DNA of 64,000 nt, from positions 3,499-67,498 of the forward strand of contig DUZG01000001.1 in NCBI GenBank assembly GCA_013349585.1, given 5' to 3'. Below are positions 48,839-57,136 of this stretch, in pieces; the stretch's first letter is position 1; the number at the start of each line of letters is the position of its first letter. The notes beneath the pieces are model-generated. The model made no database searches. It was not told the origin of the DNA and saw only the letters and a program-made list of their open reading frames with translations. The position numbers were made by a program, and so were the translations under genes. This DNA comes from Nitrospinota bacterium (GTDB lineage Bacteria; Nitrospinota; Nitrospinia; Nitrospinales; VA-1).

Positions 48839-50698
48839 TTACTCTAGTTCCCAGAAATAGGTCGAAAAAGTGCTGGTCATAGGGGATGTTTCACTGACAT
48901 AGTCTTTATCTATCGTTACAATGAACACATCGGCCCCGGCATTGCCTTTTCGGGGCACGACCCGAAAAGCACCTAGATAGCCTTTTTGCTTATGGGACTC
49001 GAAAAGTCTCTCAAAACCCTCTCGATTTACGCCTAAAATAGCTAACCCAGAATTTTCTACAATGACCATCTGGTCTAACATCCCATTTCCAGCCACATAA
49101 TTTTTGGGTAGAACCAGAAAACGACGACTGCCATTTTTAACAAACTGGAGTCGGCTTTTGTAGCGAACGGCCTTAGCTCTGGTAATATTGCTAGAGCCAG
49201 AAGCTAGACCTCCAAATTCTTCTACCACTCCGACATCAATAAAACGCGGATCGTGACCGTAGTATTCGTCTGATTTTACTATTACTCTCCCTTCCGGGGA
49301 ATAGACTCTCAGGTGGTATTTATCATCAAGAATAATAGTGTCCTTGATCTTGTTTCCGCTCAGGTCGGTTTGCGTCAAACCATATAAGCTGAAGAATTTG
49401 CCATAAATATCTGGAGTATTCAATTTGGATCCCAAGATATAGCGCCTTTTTTTATATAGAACCTTTTTTATCGAGCCATGAAAGGGGGCTTCAAATCCCG
49501 TGCTTTGCGACAAAAGGGTTGGCTTTGCTCCAAAAGGGCGAATGATGCGGAAATAAAGGTTCACGTCTTTCCAGACATGTTTGAAATTTTTTCCCCCCGG
49601 TTGCCGCTCTAGCGCAAAAGATTCCAGCTTGTCGCCCACCTGGTTAGTGACAAAAATTTCATCACGGCCATTTCCATTGATATCGCCCACATCGACTCCT
49701 AAAAACCGGTCAACCCCTTTTCGCTTCCTTAATTGGCCAATTTTTCTTAGCTTGCCTTTTTTTAGTTTATAGACCATGACCCGATAACGGTCGATGAGAA
49801 CGTATTCGTTTTTGCCATCGCCGTTCAGGTCCCCTGCATCGAAGTCCACAATTTCATAGGGGAACTGATTTTTGTCAATGAATTTGAAAGGTTGATTCTT
49901 GGCGTCAAAACTGGTTTGTGTGCCTCTTCTTGTTTCTCTTCGTGCTTTTGCCGCGGGTAGGTCATCTGATAGTACTTGAGCCTGTTTTTGCAGTGAACCG
50001 TCTTTTGAAGAGACCAGCTTGTAACTCAAAACCATCTTTCCCTTAATAGTGTGGACATTGGGAATCAAAATGAGGTCAGCATTGACTTTGCGCTTCAGCC
50101 GTCTGAGGCTTTTGGATTTTAAGGCAGAGGTCTCGTTTAGTTTTTCATCAATCATCCACAAACCAAAATCAAAAGCTGGAACCTCAAAACGTGGGTGCCT
50201 ATTCAACTTCTTTTCCAGGTTGAGACGAAGCCGGTCGGCATCAATTTTTTTTCGAGTTTTAATATTAGGTGGAGCGACCAGAAAAGTTAGCTTTTGAAAT
50301 GGGCTTCTAACACCATCGCCTTCTTTTGGGAGTGCCGTTGGATTAAGCGATCGAGCATGCGAGAAATCCTTTCGCACTTCTAGTATTTCAACTTCGCCCA
50401 AATCTGTTTCCTTTCGCCCCACCTTCTTTTTGGTGACAGGATGAAAAAGCTCTCTACCGTAACGAATCAGTTTTAGACGGTCTCCTTTTTTTACTGCCAT
50501 ACCACGCTTGAGGTCGAGGGTCAGTCCGTTACCCTCCACGGCAATGACATAACCTTCCAGTGGGGGATAAAGCGATTCAATTTGAGAGACGATGCGATCC
50601 AAAGTTGCATCGGACTGAGCAAAAACAAGCCCAGGCAAAAATGCGGCAAATGAAATTATGGCAATTAGAAATATTTTGAGAAAGCTTTGTTTTTGCAT
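48839..50698 (-). CDS. Secreted FG-GAP/VCBS-like repeat protein
   Basis: Signal peptide (FLKIFLIAIISFAAFLPGLVFAQ). Ca-binding-like FG-GAP loops are present: DFDAGDLNGDGKNEYVLID and GVDVGDINGNGRDEIFV. Confidence 0.5.
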   Translation of the reverse strand: MQKQSFLKIFLIAIISFAAFLPGLVFAQSDATLDRIVSQIESLYPPLEGYVIAVEGNGLTLDLKRGMAVKKGDRLKLIRYGRELFHPVTKKKVGRKETDLGEVEILEVRKDFSHARSLNPTALPKEGDGVRSPFQKLTFLVAPPNIKTRKKIDADRLRLNLEKKLNRHPRFEVPAFDFGLWMIDEKLNETSALKSKSLRRLKRKVNADLILIPNVHTIKGKMVLSYKLVSSKDGSLQKQAQVLSDDLPAAKARRETRRGTQTSFDAKNQPFKFIDKNQFPYEIVDFDAGDLNGDGKNEYVLIDRYRVMVYKLKKGKLRKIGQLRKRKGVDRFLGVDVGDINGNGRDEIFVTNQVGDKLESFALERQPGGKNFKHVWKDVNLYFRIIRPFGAKPTLLSQSTGFEAPFHGSIKKVLYKKRRYILGSKLNTPDIYGKFFSLYGLTQTDLSGNKIKDTIILDDKYHLRVYSPEGRVIVKSDEYYGHDPRFIDVGVVEEFGGLASGSSNITRAKAVRYKSRLQFVKNGSRRFLVLPKNYVAGNGMLDQMVIVENSGLAILGVNREGFERLFESHKQKGYLGAFRVVPRKGNAGADVFIVTIDKDYVSETSPMTSTFSTYFWELE

Positions 50699-50859
50699 AA
50701 GTTGAGTATAAAAAATAGTTCCCGTTACTTTGAGTTACTTAACAGCCAAGGTTTCTAACAAGTATCTTGATGAGAAATATTATTGCTTCCCCCCTCATTC
50801 TGCCCTTATCCCTCCGTGGGAAAAGGGACTGAGTGAACCAACTCCCTAAGGTATGTAAT

Positions 50860-52074
50860 TTATATATCCAGTAACTGAACGGATACTTGTGCACCTTCTT
50901 TAATTTCAGATTCTTCCAGAGGGAAAATCAGCAGTCCATTAGCATTGGCGGCAGATTTTAAAATCCCGGATCCCTGTTCGCCTGCCGGAGTTACCGTATA
51001 TTCGCCACTGCTCGATGAGACGATTGCGCTTAAAAAATGAAGTCGTCCTGGTTTTTTATGGATGGTTCGTGTCAGTTTAGCTTGCACCGTTTGGTGCCGT
51101 AGGTCTATGCACCCCATCACTTTTTTCAGAGAAGGGCGGACAAACTGTTCAAAAGAAACAAATGAAGAAACCGGATTGCCAGGCAGTCCAAAAATAGGCG
51201 TTTCGCCAATGCGACCGAAAGCCAAAGGTTTGCCTGGTTTCATGGCGACCTTCCAGAAAAGCATTTCCTGACCCATTTTTTGCAGGCTGGCTTTGACAAG
51301 ATCGTAGTCCCCCACCGACACACCGCCAGATGAAACCACGATATCGGCTTTCAGTGCCGACTCAAACTTTTCCATCAGATCTTTTTCTGTATCTTTTGCG
51401 ATCCCTAAATAAATAGGCAGACCGCCTGCCGAGCGGATTTGTGCCGCCAACATATGACCGTTGCTATTATAAATTTGGGGTCCTTCCGGTTTCTGGTCGA
51501 GCTCAAGAATTTCGTCGCCGGTGGAAAGAATAGAAACAGTGGGTCGCTGGCCCACGGCCACTTGCGACCGGCCTACCACAGCCATCATACCAATATGAGC
51601 AGGACTCAGAGTAGCGCCTTTTTTAATGACGGTTTCGCCTTTTTGCACATCTTCGCCCGCCTTGCGGATATTTTCTTCGACATCAGCGCGGTCTTTCGCG
51701 AGGATGAAGCTCCCCTTTTTATCTGTGTCTTCCTGCATCAAAACCGCGTTGGCCCCTTCCGGGATGGGAGCACCTGTCATGATGCGCATAGCCTGACCTG
51801 GTTTTAAAATGCCTTTCGCAGTATATCCGGCGGCAATTTCTTCTACCACTTCGAGTTTGACAGGAGAATCGGGAGTGGCGGTGGCAATGTCTTCTGCGAT
51901 TAAAGCGTAGCCATCCATCGCGGAGTTATCGAGAGGTGGATTGTTTAACCCGGCAACGACATCTTCCGCAAGCACCCTTCCCAATGCTTGACCCAGAGAA
52001 ACTTTTTCAACGCCTTTGAAATGAATTTTTTCGAGGATTTGTTTCAGTGCTTCCTCGACGGGAATCAGACTCAT
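50860..52074 (-). CDS. moeA: Molybdopterin molybdenumtransferase
   Basis: Motifs: PPLDNSAMDGYA, MRIMTGAPIP, VSILSTGDEL, SSGGVSVGDYD, KPGKPLAFG, GLPGNPVSS. It has a 4-nt overlap with the upstream gene. Confidence 0.9.
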   Translation of the reverse strand: MSLIPVEEALKQILEKIHFKGVEKVSLGQALGRVLAEDVVAGLNNPPLDNSAMDGYALIAEDIATATPDSPVKLEVVEEIAAGYTAKGILKPGQAMRIMTGAPIPEGANAVLMQEDTDKKGSFILAKDRADVEENIRKAGEDVQKGETVIKKGATLSPAHIGMMAVVGRSQVAVGQRPTVSILSTGDEILELDQKPEGPQIYNSNGHMLAAQIRSAGGLPIYLGIAKDTEKDLMEKFESALKADIVVSSGGVSVGDYDLVKASLQKMGQEMLFWKVAMKPGKPLAFGRIGETPIFGLPGNPVSSFVSFEQFVRPSLKKVMGCIDLRHQTVQAKLTRTIHKKPGRLHFLSAIVSSSSGEYTVTPAGEQGSGILKSAANANGLLIFPLEESEIKEGAQVSVQLLDI

Positions 52075-53249
52075 GATGGTTCCTTTTTTTGATACACGAT
52101 TATTCTTTTGTTCCTCTTCTCATAATCTTCTGTTGTGTTGATGTTCATAAACTTTGACCGGTCCGCTTCGTCGATCTTTAATTTTTTAAATGGGAGCGCC
52201 TCAATAATTCGGGACATGGAAAGCTCTCGTCTTGACATGGCTTCAAAAAGAGGAACGATGAATTTTGGTTCGTAAATGGCGCACATGGGCTCATAACCGA
52301 AACGGCCTTTTTGAACATAGCAGGTACCATATTTTAATGGGTCTCGCTCTTGTAATATTGTCTCAAAATCCTCTTCTTTTAAAAAGGGCATATCGCATGC
52401 GGTTATCATCCACGCCTTATCTGGGAATCGTCCCATCAAAGTCGCCAGTCCTCCTACAGGCCCCAGTTGGATGTGTTCGTCATTGATACGCTCAACATTA
52501 TTGATTTTTGCCAAAGAACTCATATCTAGATCGGCCCGCGAGGAAAGAAATACTTTATTGCAAAATTTGCTCAATAGATTGACTGCCTTCTCTGTTCCCG
52601 ATACGCCATCGTAGTTTAGCGAAAACTTTGGTTTTCCCATTCGCTTGCTTTCACCTCCTACAAAAACAGCTCCAAAAAGTTCGCTGGCACATCTTTTGAA
52701 ATGACCATTGACAAAGTCAAAGATTTTTTCTATTTCGTCTCGATGGAATAGAGGAATGCCCTGTTCAACAAACGGTTCCAGTGTTCCCGTCCCTTGATGC
52801 ACAATTGCACAAATACCCTTGCTTTCAGGGGGAATCGGAAGTTTGCCTACGGCATTAAGAAACACAATTTTGTTGAATGGAGACTGCTTGTATCCTTCTA
52901 TCAATATACAGTCGCAGCGTTCTAATGCATGTGTGATCGTGAGTTGCTTGAAATCATTATCTGCCAGCACTCCAAAGTGGGTCGGGTCATTGATCGCCAC
53001 AATTCCGGCGCCAGCCTCACGAATACGCGCGGTGTCTTTCCCGGTTTTGTCCATCTCGAAGCGGTGCGAATCGTGTTTGTAGTAACCCACACGGATATCC
53101 TCCTCAGCAAACCGTTGGGTCAGTCTTTCGAGCAGGGTGGTTTTGCCGACACCCGAAAAACCTGCAAAGCAAAGAAAAGGTGTTTTGAATTGTTCCCAAT
53201 AAACATCCATAGGAAGTGCGTAAGCCTGTATAATGAAGGCCGAACACAA
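52071..53249 (-). CDS. mobB/mobA: MobB-MobA fusion (molybdopterin-guanine dinucleotide biosynthesis adaptor plus molybdenum cofactor guanylyltransferase)
   Basis: The N-terminus is MobB-like: GFSGVGKTTLLERL...YKHDSHRFEMDKTGKDTARIREAGA. The C-terminus is MobA-like: GAVFVGGESKRMGKPKFSL...ACDMPFL. The start is uncertain (53249 or ATG 53210). Confidence 0.8.
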   Translation of the reverse strand: MCSAFIIQAYALPMDVYWEQFKTPFLCFAGFSGVGKTTLLERLTQRFAEEDIRVGYYKHDSHRFEMDKTGKDTARIREAGAGIVAINDPTHFGVLADNDFKQLTITHALERCDCILIEGYKQSPFNKIVFLNAVGKLPIPPESKGICAIVHQGTGTLEPFVEQGIPLFHRDEIEKIFDFVNGHFKRCASELFGAVFVGGESKRMGKPKFSLNYDGVSGTEKAVNLLSKFCNKVFLSSRADLDMSSLAKINNVERINDEHIQLGPVGGLATLMGRFPDKAWMITACDMPFLKEEDFETILQERDPLKYGTCYVQKGRFGYEPMCAIYEPKFIVPLFEAMSRRELSMSRIIEALPFKKLKIDEADRSKFMNINTTEDYEKRNKRIIVYQKKEPS

Positions 53250-53273
53250 CTGGTTGCATGTTCGGCGGTTAAG

Positions 53274-53286
53274 TCATTTAAAATGA
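53274..53286. promoter_or_regulatory. Perfect 6-1-6 palindrome TCATTT-A-AAATGA in the nirK / mobBA divergent promoter region; candidate repressor operator
   Basis: Read directly. It lies 58 bp upstream of the nirK ATG, between candidate -35 (TTAAGT) and -10 (TATTAC) hexamers. The half-site CATTT/AAATG partly resembles the Rrf2/NsrR-type half-site as I recall it. Confidence 0.3.
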
Positions 53287-53343
53287 GTGTATTACGCTAT
53301 TATTTCGCAGCCATCTAATGCTGTCAACCCTTTTCCTTTCTAA

Positions 53344-54351
53344 ATGAGAATGAATCGAGTGACCCGATTACAAAGATTTAAAAACTTTCTGATAGCAGGA
53401 GCTGTCGTCTCGGTTTTATTTAATAGCCCTGCATTTTCCGAAGAGATAAACACAACCCAGGCGCCCAACGTGCCACCTCATACCTCGCGGATAATGCCTG
53501 AAACGGTGGTGGTAAAATTTGAGGCGAAAGAGTTTATCGGTCCTTTGGACGGCAAAAACTATAAGTTCTGGAGCTTTAACGGAACCGTTCCTGGGCCTAT
53601 GATCCGCGTACGCCTTGGCGATACGGTGGAATTTCATCTTTCCAACGATAGCGCTAATCAGTTTCCGCATAATATTGATCTTCATGCCGTCAACGGACCG
53701 GGAGGCGGGGCGGCAGTCACCCTGGTGGCTCCAGGTGAGGAAAAAGTATTTCAATTTAAAACGCTGCATCCAGGACTCTTTGTTTACCATTGCGCTTCAC
53801 CTGTACCCAGCATCCCGGCGCATATTGCCAACGGCATGTACGGACTGATTCTGGTTGAGCCGAAGCATGGGTTGTCACGCGTGGACCATGAGTTTTATGT
53901 TTTTCAGAGTGAATTTTTCACCCAGCCTTCAGAAGATGAAGATGTGCTGGAATTTTCGCTGGAAAAAGGCATGGCAGAACAAGCGGATTATGTCGTATTC
54001 AATGGTAATTCGGGCGCATTGATGGGGGACAACGCTTTGCAGGCGGAAGTGGGAGACAAAATAAGAATCTATTTTGGCAATATAGGTCCCAACGGAGCTT
54101 CTTCTTTCCATGTTATTGGCGAAGTCTTTGACGAGGTTTATGTGGAAGGTGCATTGAACGGGATCACTAATAAAAACGTGCAAACCACCCTGGTTCCCTC
54201 AGCTGGCACCGCTATTGTAGAATTCAAGGTAGACATTCCTGGGGATTATTTGTTGGTCGACCACAGTATATTCAGAATCAATAAAGGAGCGGTGGGTATG
54301 CTTACTGTCACTGGCGAAGAAAACCCGGAGATTTTTCGAGCTCTTGATTAA
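53344..54351 (+). CDS. nirK: Copper-containing nitrite reductase
   Basis: Signal peptide, then the cupredoxin signatures HNIDLHAVNGPGGGA (T1/T2 Cu His) and VYHCASPVPSIPAHIANGMYGLILVEP (Cys/His/Met ligands), and the second-domain motif HVIGEVFD. Confidence 0.9.
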   Translation: MRMNRVTRLQRFKNFLIAGAVVSVLFNSPAFSEEINTTQAPNVPPHTSRIMPETVVVKFEAKEFIGPLDGKNYKFWSFNGTVPGPMIRVRLGDTVEFHLSNDSANQFPHNIDLHAVNGPGGGAAVTLVAPGEEKVFQFKTLHPGLFVYHCASPVPSIPAHIANGMYGLILVEPKHGLSRVDHEFYVFQSEFFTQPSEDEDVLEFSLEKGMAEQADYVVFNGNSGALMGDNALQAEVGDKIRIYFGNIGPNGASSFHVIGEVFDEVYVEGALNGITNKNVQTTLVPSAGTAIVEFKVDIPGDYLLVDHSIFRINKGAVGMLTVTGEENPEIFRALD

Positions 54352-54365
54352 AGTCTTTCACTAGT

Positions 54366-54461
54366 GAACTTTTTCATAATAGCTGATGATCTGTTTTAAC
54401 CGTTTGAATTTCTCAGCACGGATTTTGGAATTCAAAAGTTTCTGTCTTGCCCAATGGGGTT
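54366..54461 (-). repeat. Copy A of a diverged ~96-bp repeat (relic of a gene 3' end)
   Basis: It aligns without gaps to 57000-57095 at roughly 70% identity by my hand count. The minus strand translates to ...LEPHWARQKLLNSKIRAEKFKRLKQIISYYEKVH*. Confidence 0.65.
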
Positions 54462-54594
54462 CTAACTTCAAGAAATTAGGATAATGGGCCTGCCCACGCT
54501 AAAAAAACTTAATTTCCTGTGAGGCTAATCCATTACCTTTTATTAATCAATAAATTAAGCGTTTATATTTTAAGGAAATGATAATCTGCGATTC

Positions 54595-56835
54595 ATGACT
54601 TCTTTTAATTCAAAATTTTTATTATTTCTGGTGGGGTTGTTTTTATTGACTGTGATTGTATTTCGAGGTGTTCTCGATAACGGGTTTGTTCTGAATTGGG
54701 ACGATTTGGAATACGTTACTGAAAACCCCATGGTTCAGAAATGGCCTAATTTTTTTGAGATGACCACTTCATTTTACGCTGCGAACTGGCATCCGCTAAC
54801 TTGGTTTTGACATGCATTGGATTATCAATTATATGGCTTGAATCCTTGGGGTCATCATTTAACAAATTTGTTGTTGCATGGATTAAATACCTGCTTGGTA
54901 TTTGTGCTATTTGTCTTGTTGGTAGGTAGAGGGAGAGAGGGTTCGGATAATGGTGTGTATATAGGGGGCATTTTTACAGCTCTTCTATTTGGCTTGCATC
55001 CTTTGCGTGTTGAATCCGTAGCCTGGGTTTCTGAACGTAAGGATTTGCTTTGTGGCTTCTTTTTCTTTTCTACCATTGCAGGCTATTGTGCGCTTATGTG
55101 CGCGAGAAAAAACGTTTGGGATATAGCCTTCTGATTTTTTTTCTTTGCATTGGCCATGATGTCCAAGCCGATGGCTGTAACATTACCTATTGTCCTTTTG
55201 CTTTTAGATATTTTTCCTTTGGAACGTTTGCGTTTGACAAAAGACCTTCTCCCCCTTTGTATAGAAAAAATTCCTCTCTTTGCTTTGAGCCTGTTAGGTG
55301 GAGTGCTGACCCTATTGGCGCAGAGCACTACCGGTGCAGTCAGGACATTGCAAGAAACCTCTCTTGCTGACCGGATCATAAATTCTTTCCAAACCCTCTG
55401 GGCATATATAGAAAAAACATTTTGGCTTCAGGACCTGCTTCCGTTTTATCCATTTTTGGAAAACCCTTCCCTGCTCAGCATGAAATTTTTACTGGGATTG
55501 ATTTTATTTCTTGCGATAACTCTGCTTAGTTTTTATCAATGGAGGAAGGGCAACCCTGTATGGCTTGTAGCATTGCTATTTTACCTGATCACAATGGCAC
55601 CAGTTATTGGCATCATCAAAGTGGGGGCACAGGCGATGGCAGATCGTTACACCTACATCCCTACTCTAAGTCTTGCTTTTTTATCTGGAGCAGGGCTAAT
55701 GAACTTGTGGCAACATAATAAGATTCGATCAGGAATAATTTTGGTCACCGCTATCATGGCTTTTGCTTTAAATAACTTATCTGCTAAACAGATCAGAATT
55801 TGGCACGATGGAGAGTCTCTGTGGATACCCGTAGCGGAAAAGTTTCCTGAGAAGGTTTATCATGCCCATGCGAACCTTGCTTCATTTCATTTCCAAGAAG
55901 GTCGACTTAAAAAGGCCGAAGATCAATTGAAAATAGCAATGAAAATTCAACCCAATCAGGTCGACACGCTTTTTTATCTGGGAATGGTTTATACAGATCA
56001 AGGTCGGCTTGCTGAGGCTAAGGAATTATTGGAAAAAGCCTTATTGCTGAATGCTAAAGATGAAAGAGTACTTTATCGGTTAGGTGTATTGTATGAAAAA
56101 TTAGGTCAAGAGAATCTTGCACAAAATGAATATAACAAGGCCCTGACCTTAAAACCTGAGTTAGAACCGGTGCGGCTTCGACTCGGTCAGCTTTATTCGA
56201 AAGCAGGACGATTTAAGGAGGCCGAAGAACAATTTAAAAAAGTGCTGGAACTCAATGCAGAATCTGAGGGAGCGAGGAATAATTTAGGAGTACTGTATTA
56301 TCAAAATGGCAGATTTGAGCAGGCTGAAGCGGAATATTTGCGGGTTATAAAAACTTGGCCCCGCAAAGTGCAAGCCTACAACAACCTGGGTATTCTCTAT
56401 TACGAAACGAAAAAATATGAGGATGCGGAAATTATTTACCAAAAGGTTTTGGAGCTAGACCCAAGCTATATTGAAGCAAAAAATAATTTCGGGGTTCTAA
56501 ACCTGGCGATGAATAAAACAAAGGATGCCCTAAGTCTATTGCAGTCTTCAAAATCCATGGACCCTAACCGTGTTAATACGCTTTACTACCTGGGTATGGC
56601 TTATATGGCTGAAAGAAACTGGCTATCTGCCCAGACGGAATTCAGAGCAGCGTTGTCTTTGAATTCAGATAATGCAGATATATACGACAAACTGGGTATT
56701 GTATTAGCTCAAGAAGGAAAGTGGAAAAAATCACGGGAAGCTTTTCTATCGGCACTTCGGCTAGACCCTTTGCATTTTTCCGCCAAGGGAAATCTTCAAC
56801 GGTTGGAAAATAAAATAATAGCAAACAGTCAATAA
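54595..56835 (+). pseudogene. TMTC-like protein (PMT_2/DUF1736-type GT-C membrane domain plus C-terminal TPR array) interrupted by two in-frame TGA codons
   Basis: The three ORF fragments (54595-54810, 54817-55134, 55150-56835) are all in one frame. The only interruptions are TGA at 54808-54810 (ANWHPLTWF*HALDYQLYGLNPWGHH) and TGA at 55132-55134 (VWDIAF*FFFFALAMMSKPMAVTLPIVLLLLD). The C-terminus holds about 10 TPR repeats. Confidence 0.75.
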
Positions 56836-56999
56836 AAGGTTAATTGGTTCATTGAAATGGACTAAACATCGGGGCTGGGTCAAGAAAACCGAGGGATATT
56901 TCGAGTCCGCGATTAATCTATCATTAGAGGATTAAATAGAAATTAGTGACACTTTAATTTCTTTTTCGATGCTCGGGTTCGTCGGCTGATTTCCGAAGC

Positions 57000-57095
57000 G
57001 AACTTTTTCGTAATAGTCGATGGTCTGTTTTTCTTGATGGGAATTTTCAGTGGGGATGTTGGAGTTCAATAGTTCCCGCGCGGTTCAATGGGGTT
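57000..57095 (-). repeat. Copy B of the diverged ~96-bp repeat (relic of a gene 3' end)
   Basis: The minus strand translates to ...YEELQKRLEKNGIKIKPH*TARELLNSNIPTENSHQEKQTIDYYEKVRFGNQ..., which is homologous to copy A. A TGA sits where copy A has TGG (Trp). Confidence 0.65.
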
Positions 57096-57136
57096 TTATT
57101 TTGATGCCGTTCTTTTCAAGACGCTTTTGCAATTCT

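Noticed and set aside
54808-55134. Genome-wide reassignment of TGA (to Trp, Gly or Sec) as the explanation for the in-frame TGAs.
   Set aside because: prfB retains its UGA-dependent autoregulatory frameshift site. Many well-delimited genes here end in TGA (for example the VOC gene at 8908 and the ORF0 stop of prfB). No SECIS-like hairpin is obvious downstream of either codon.
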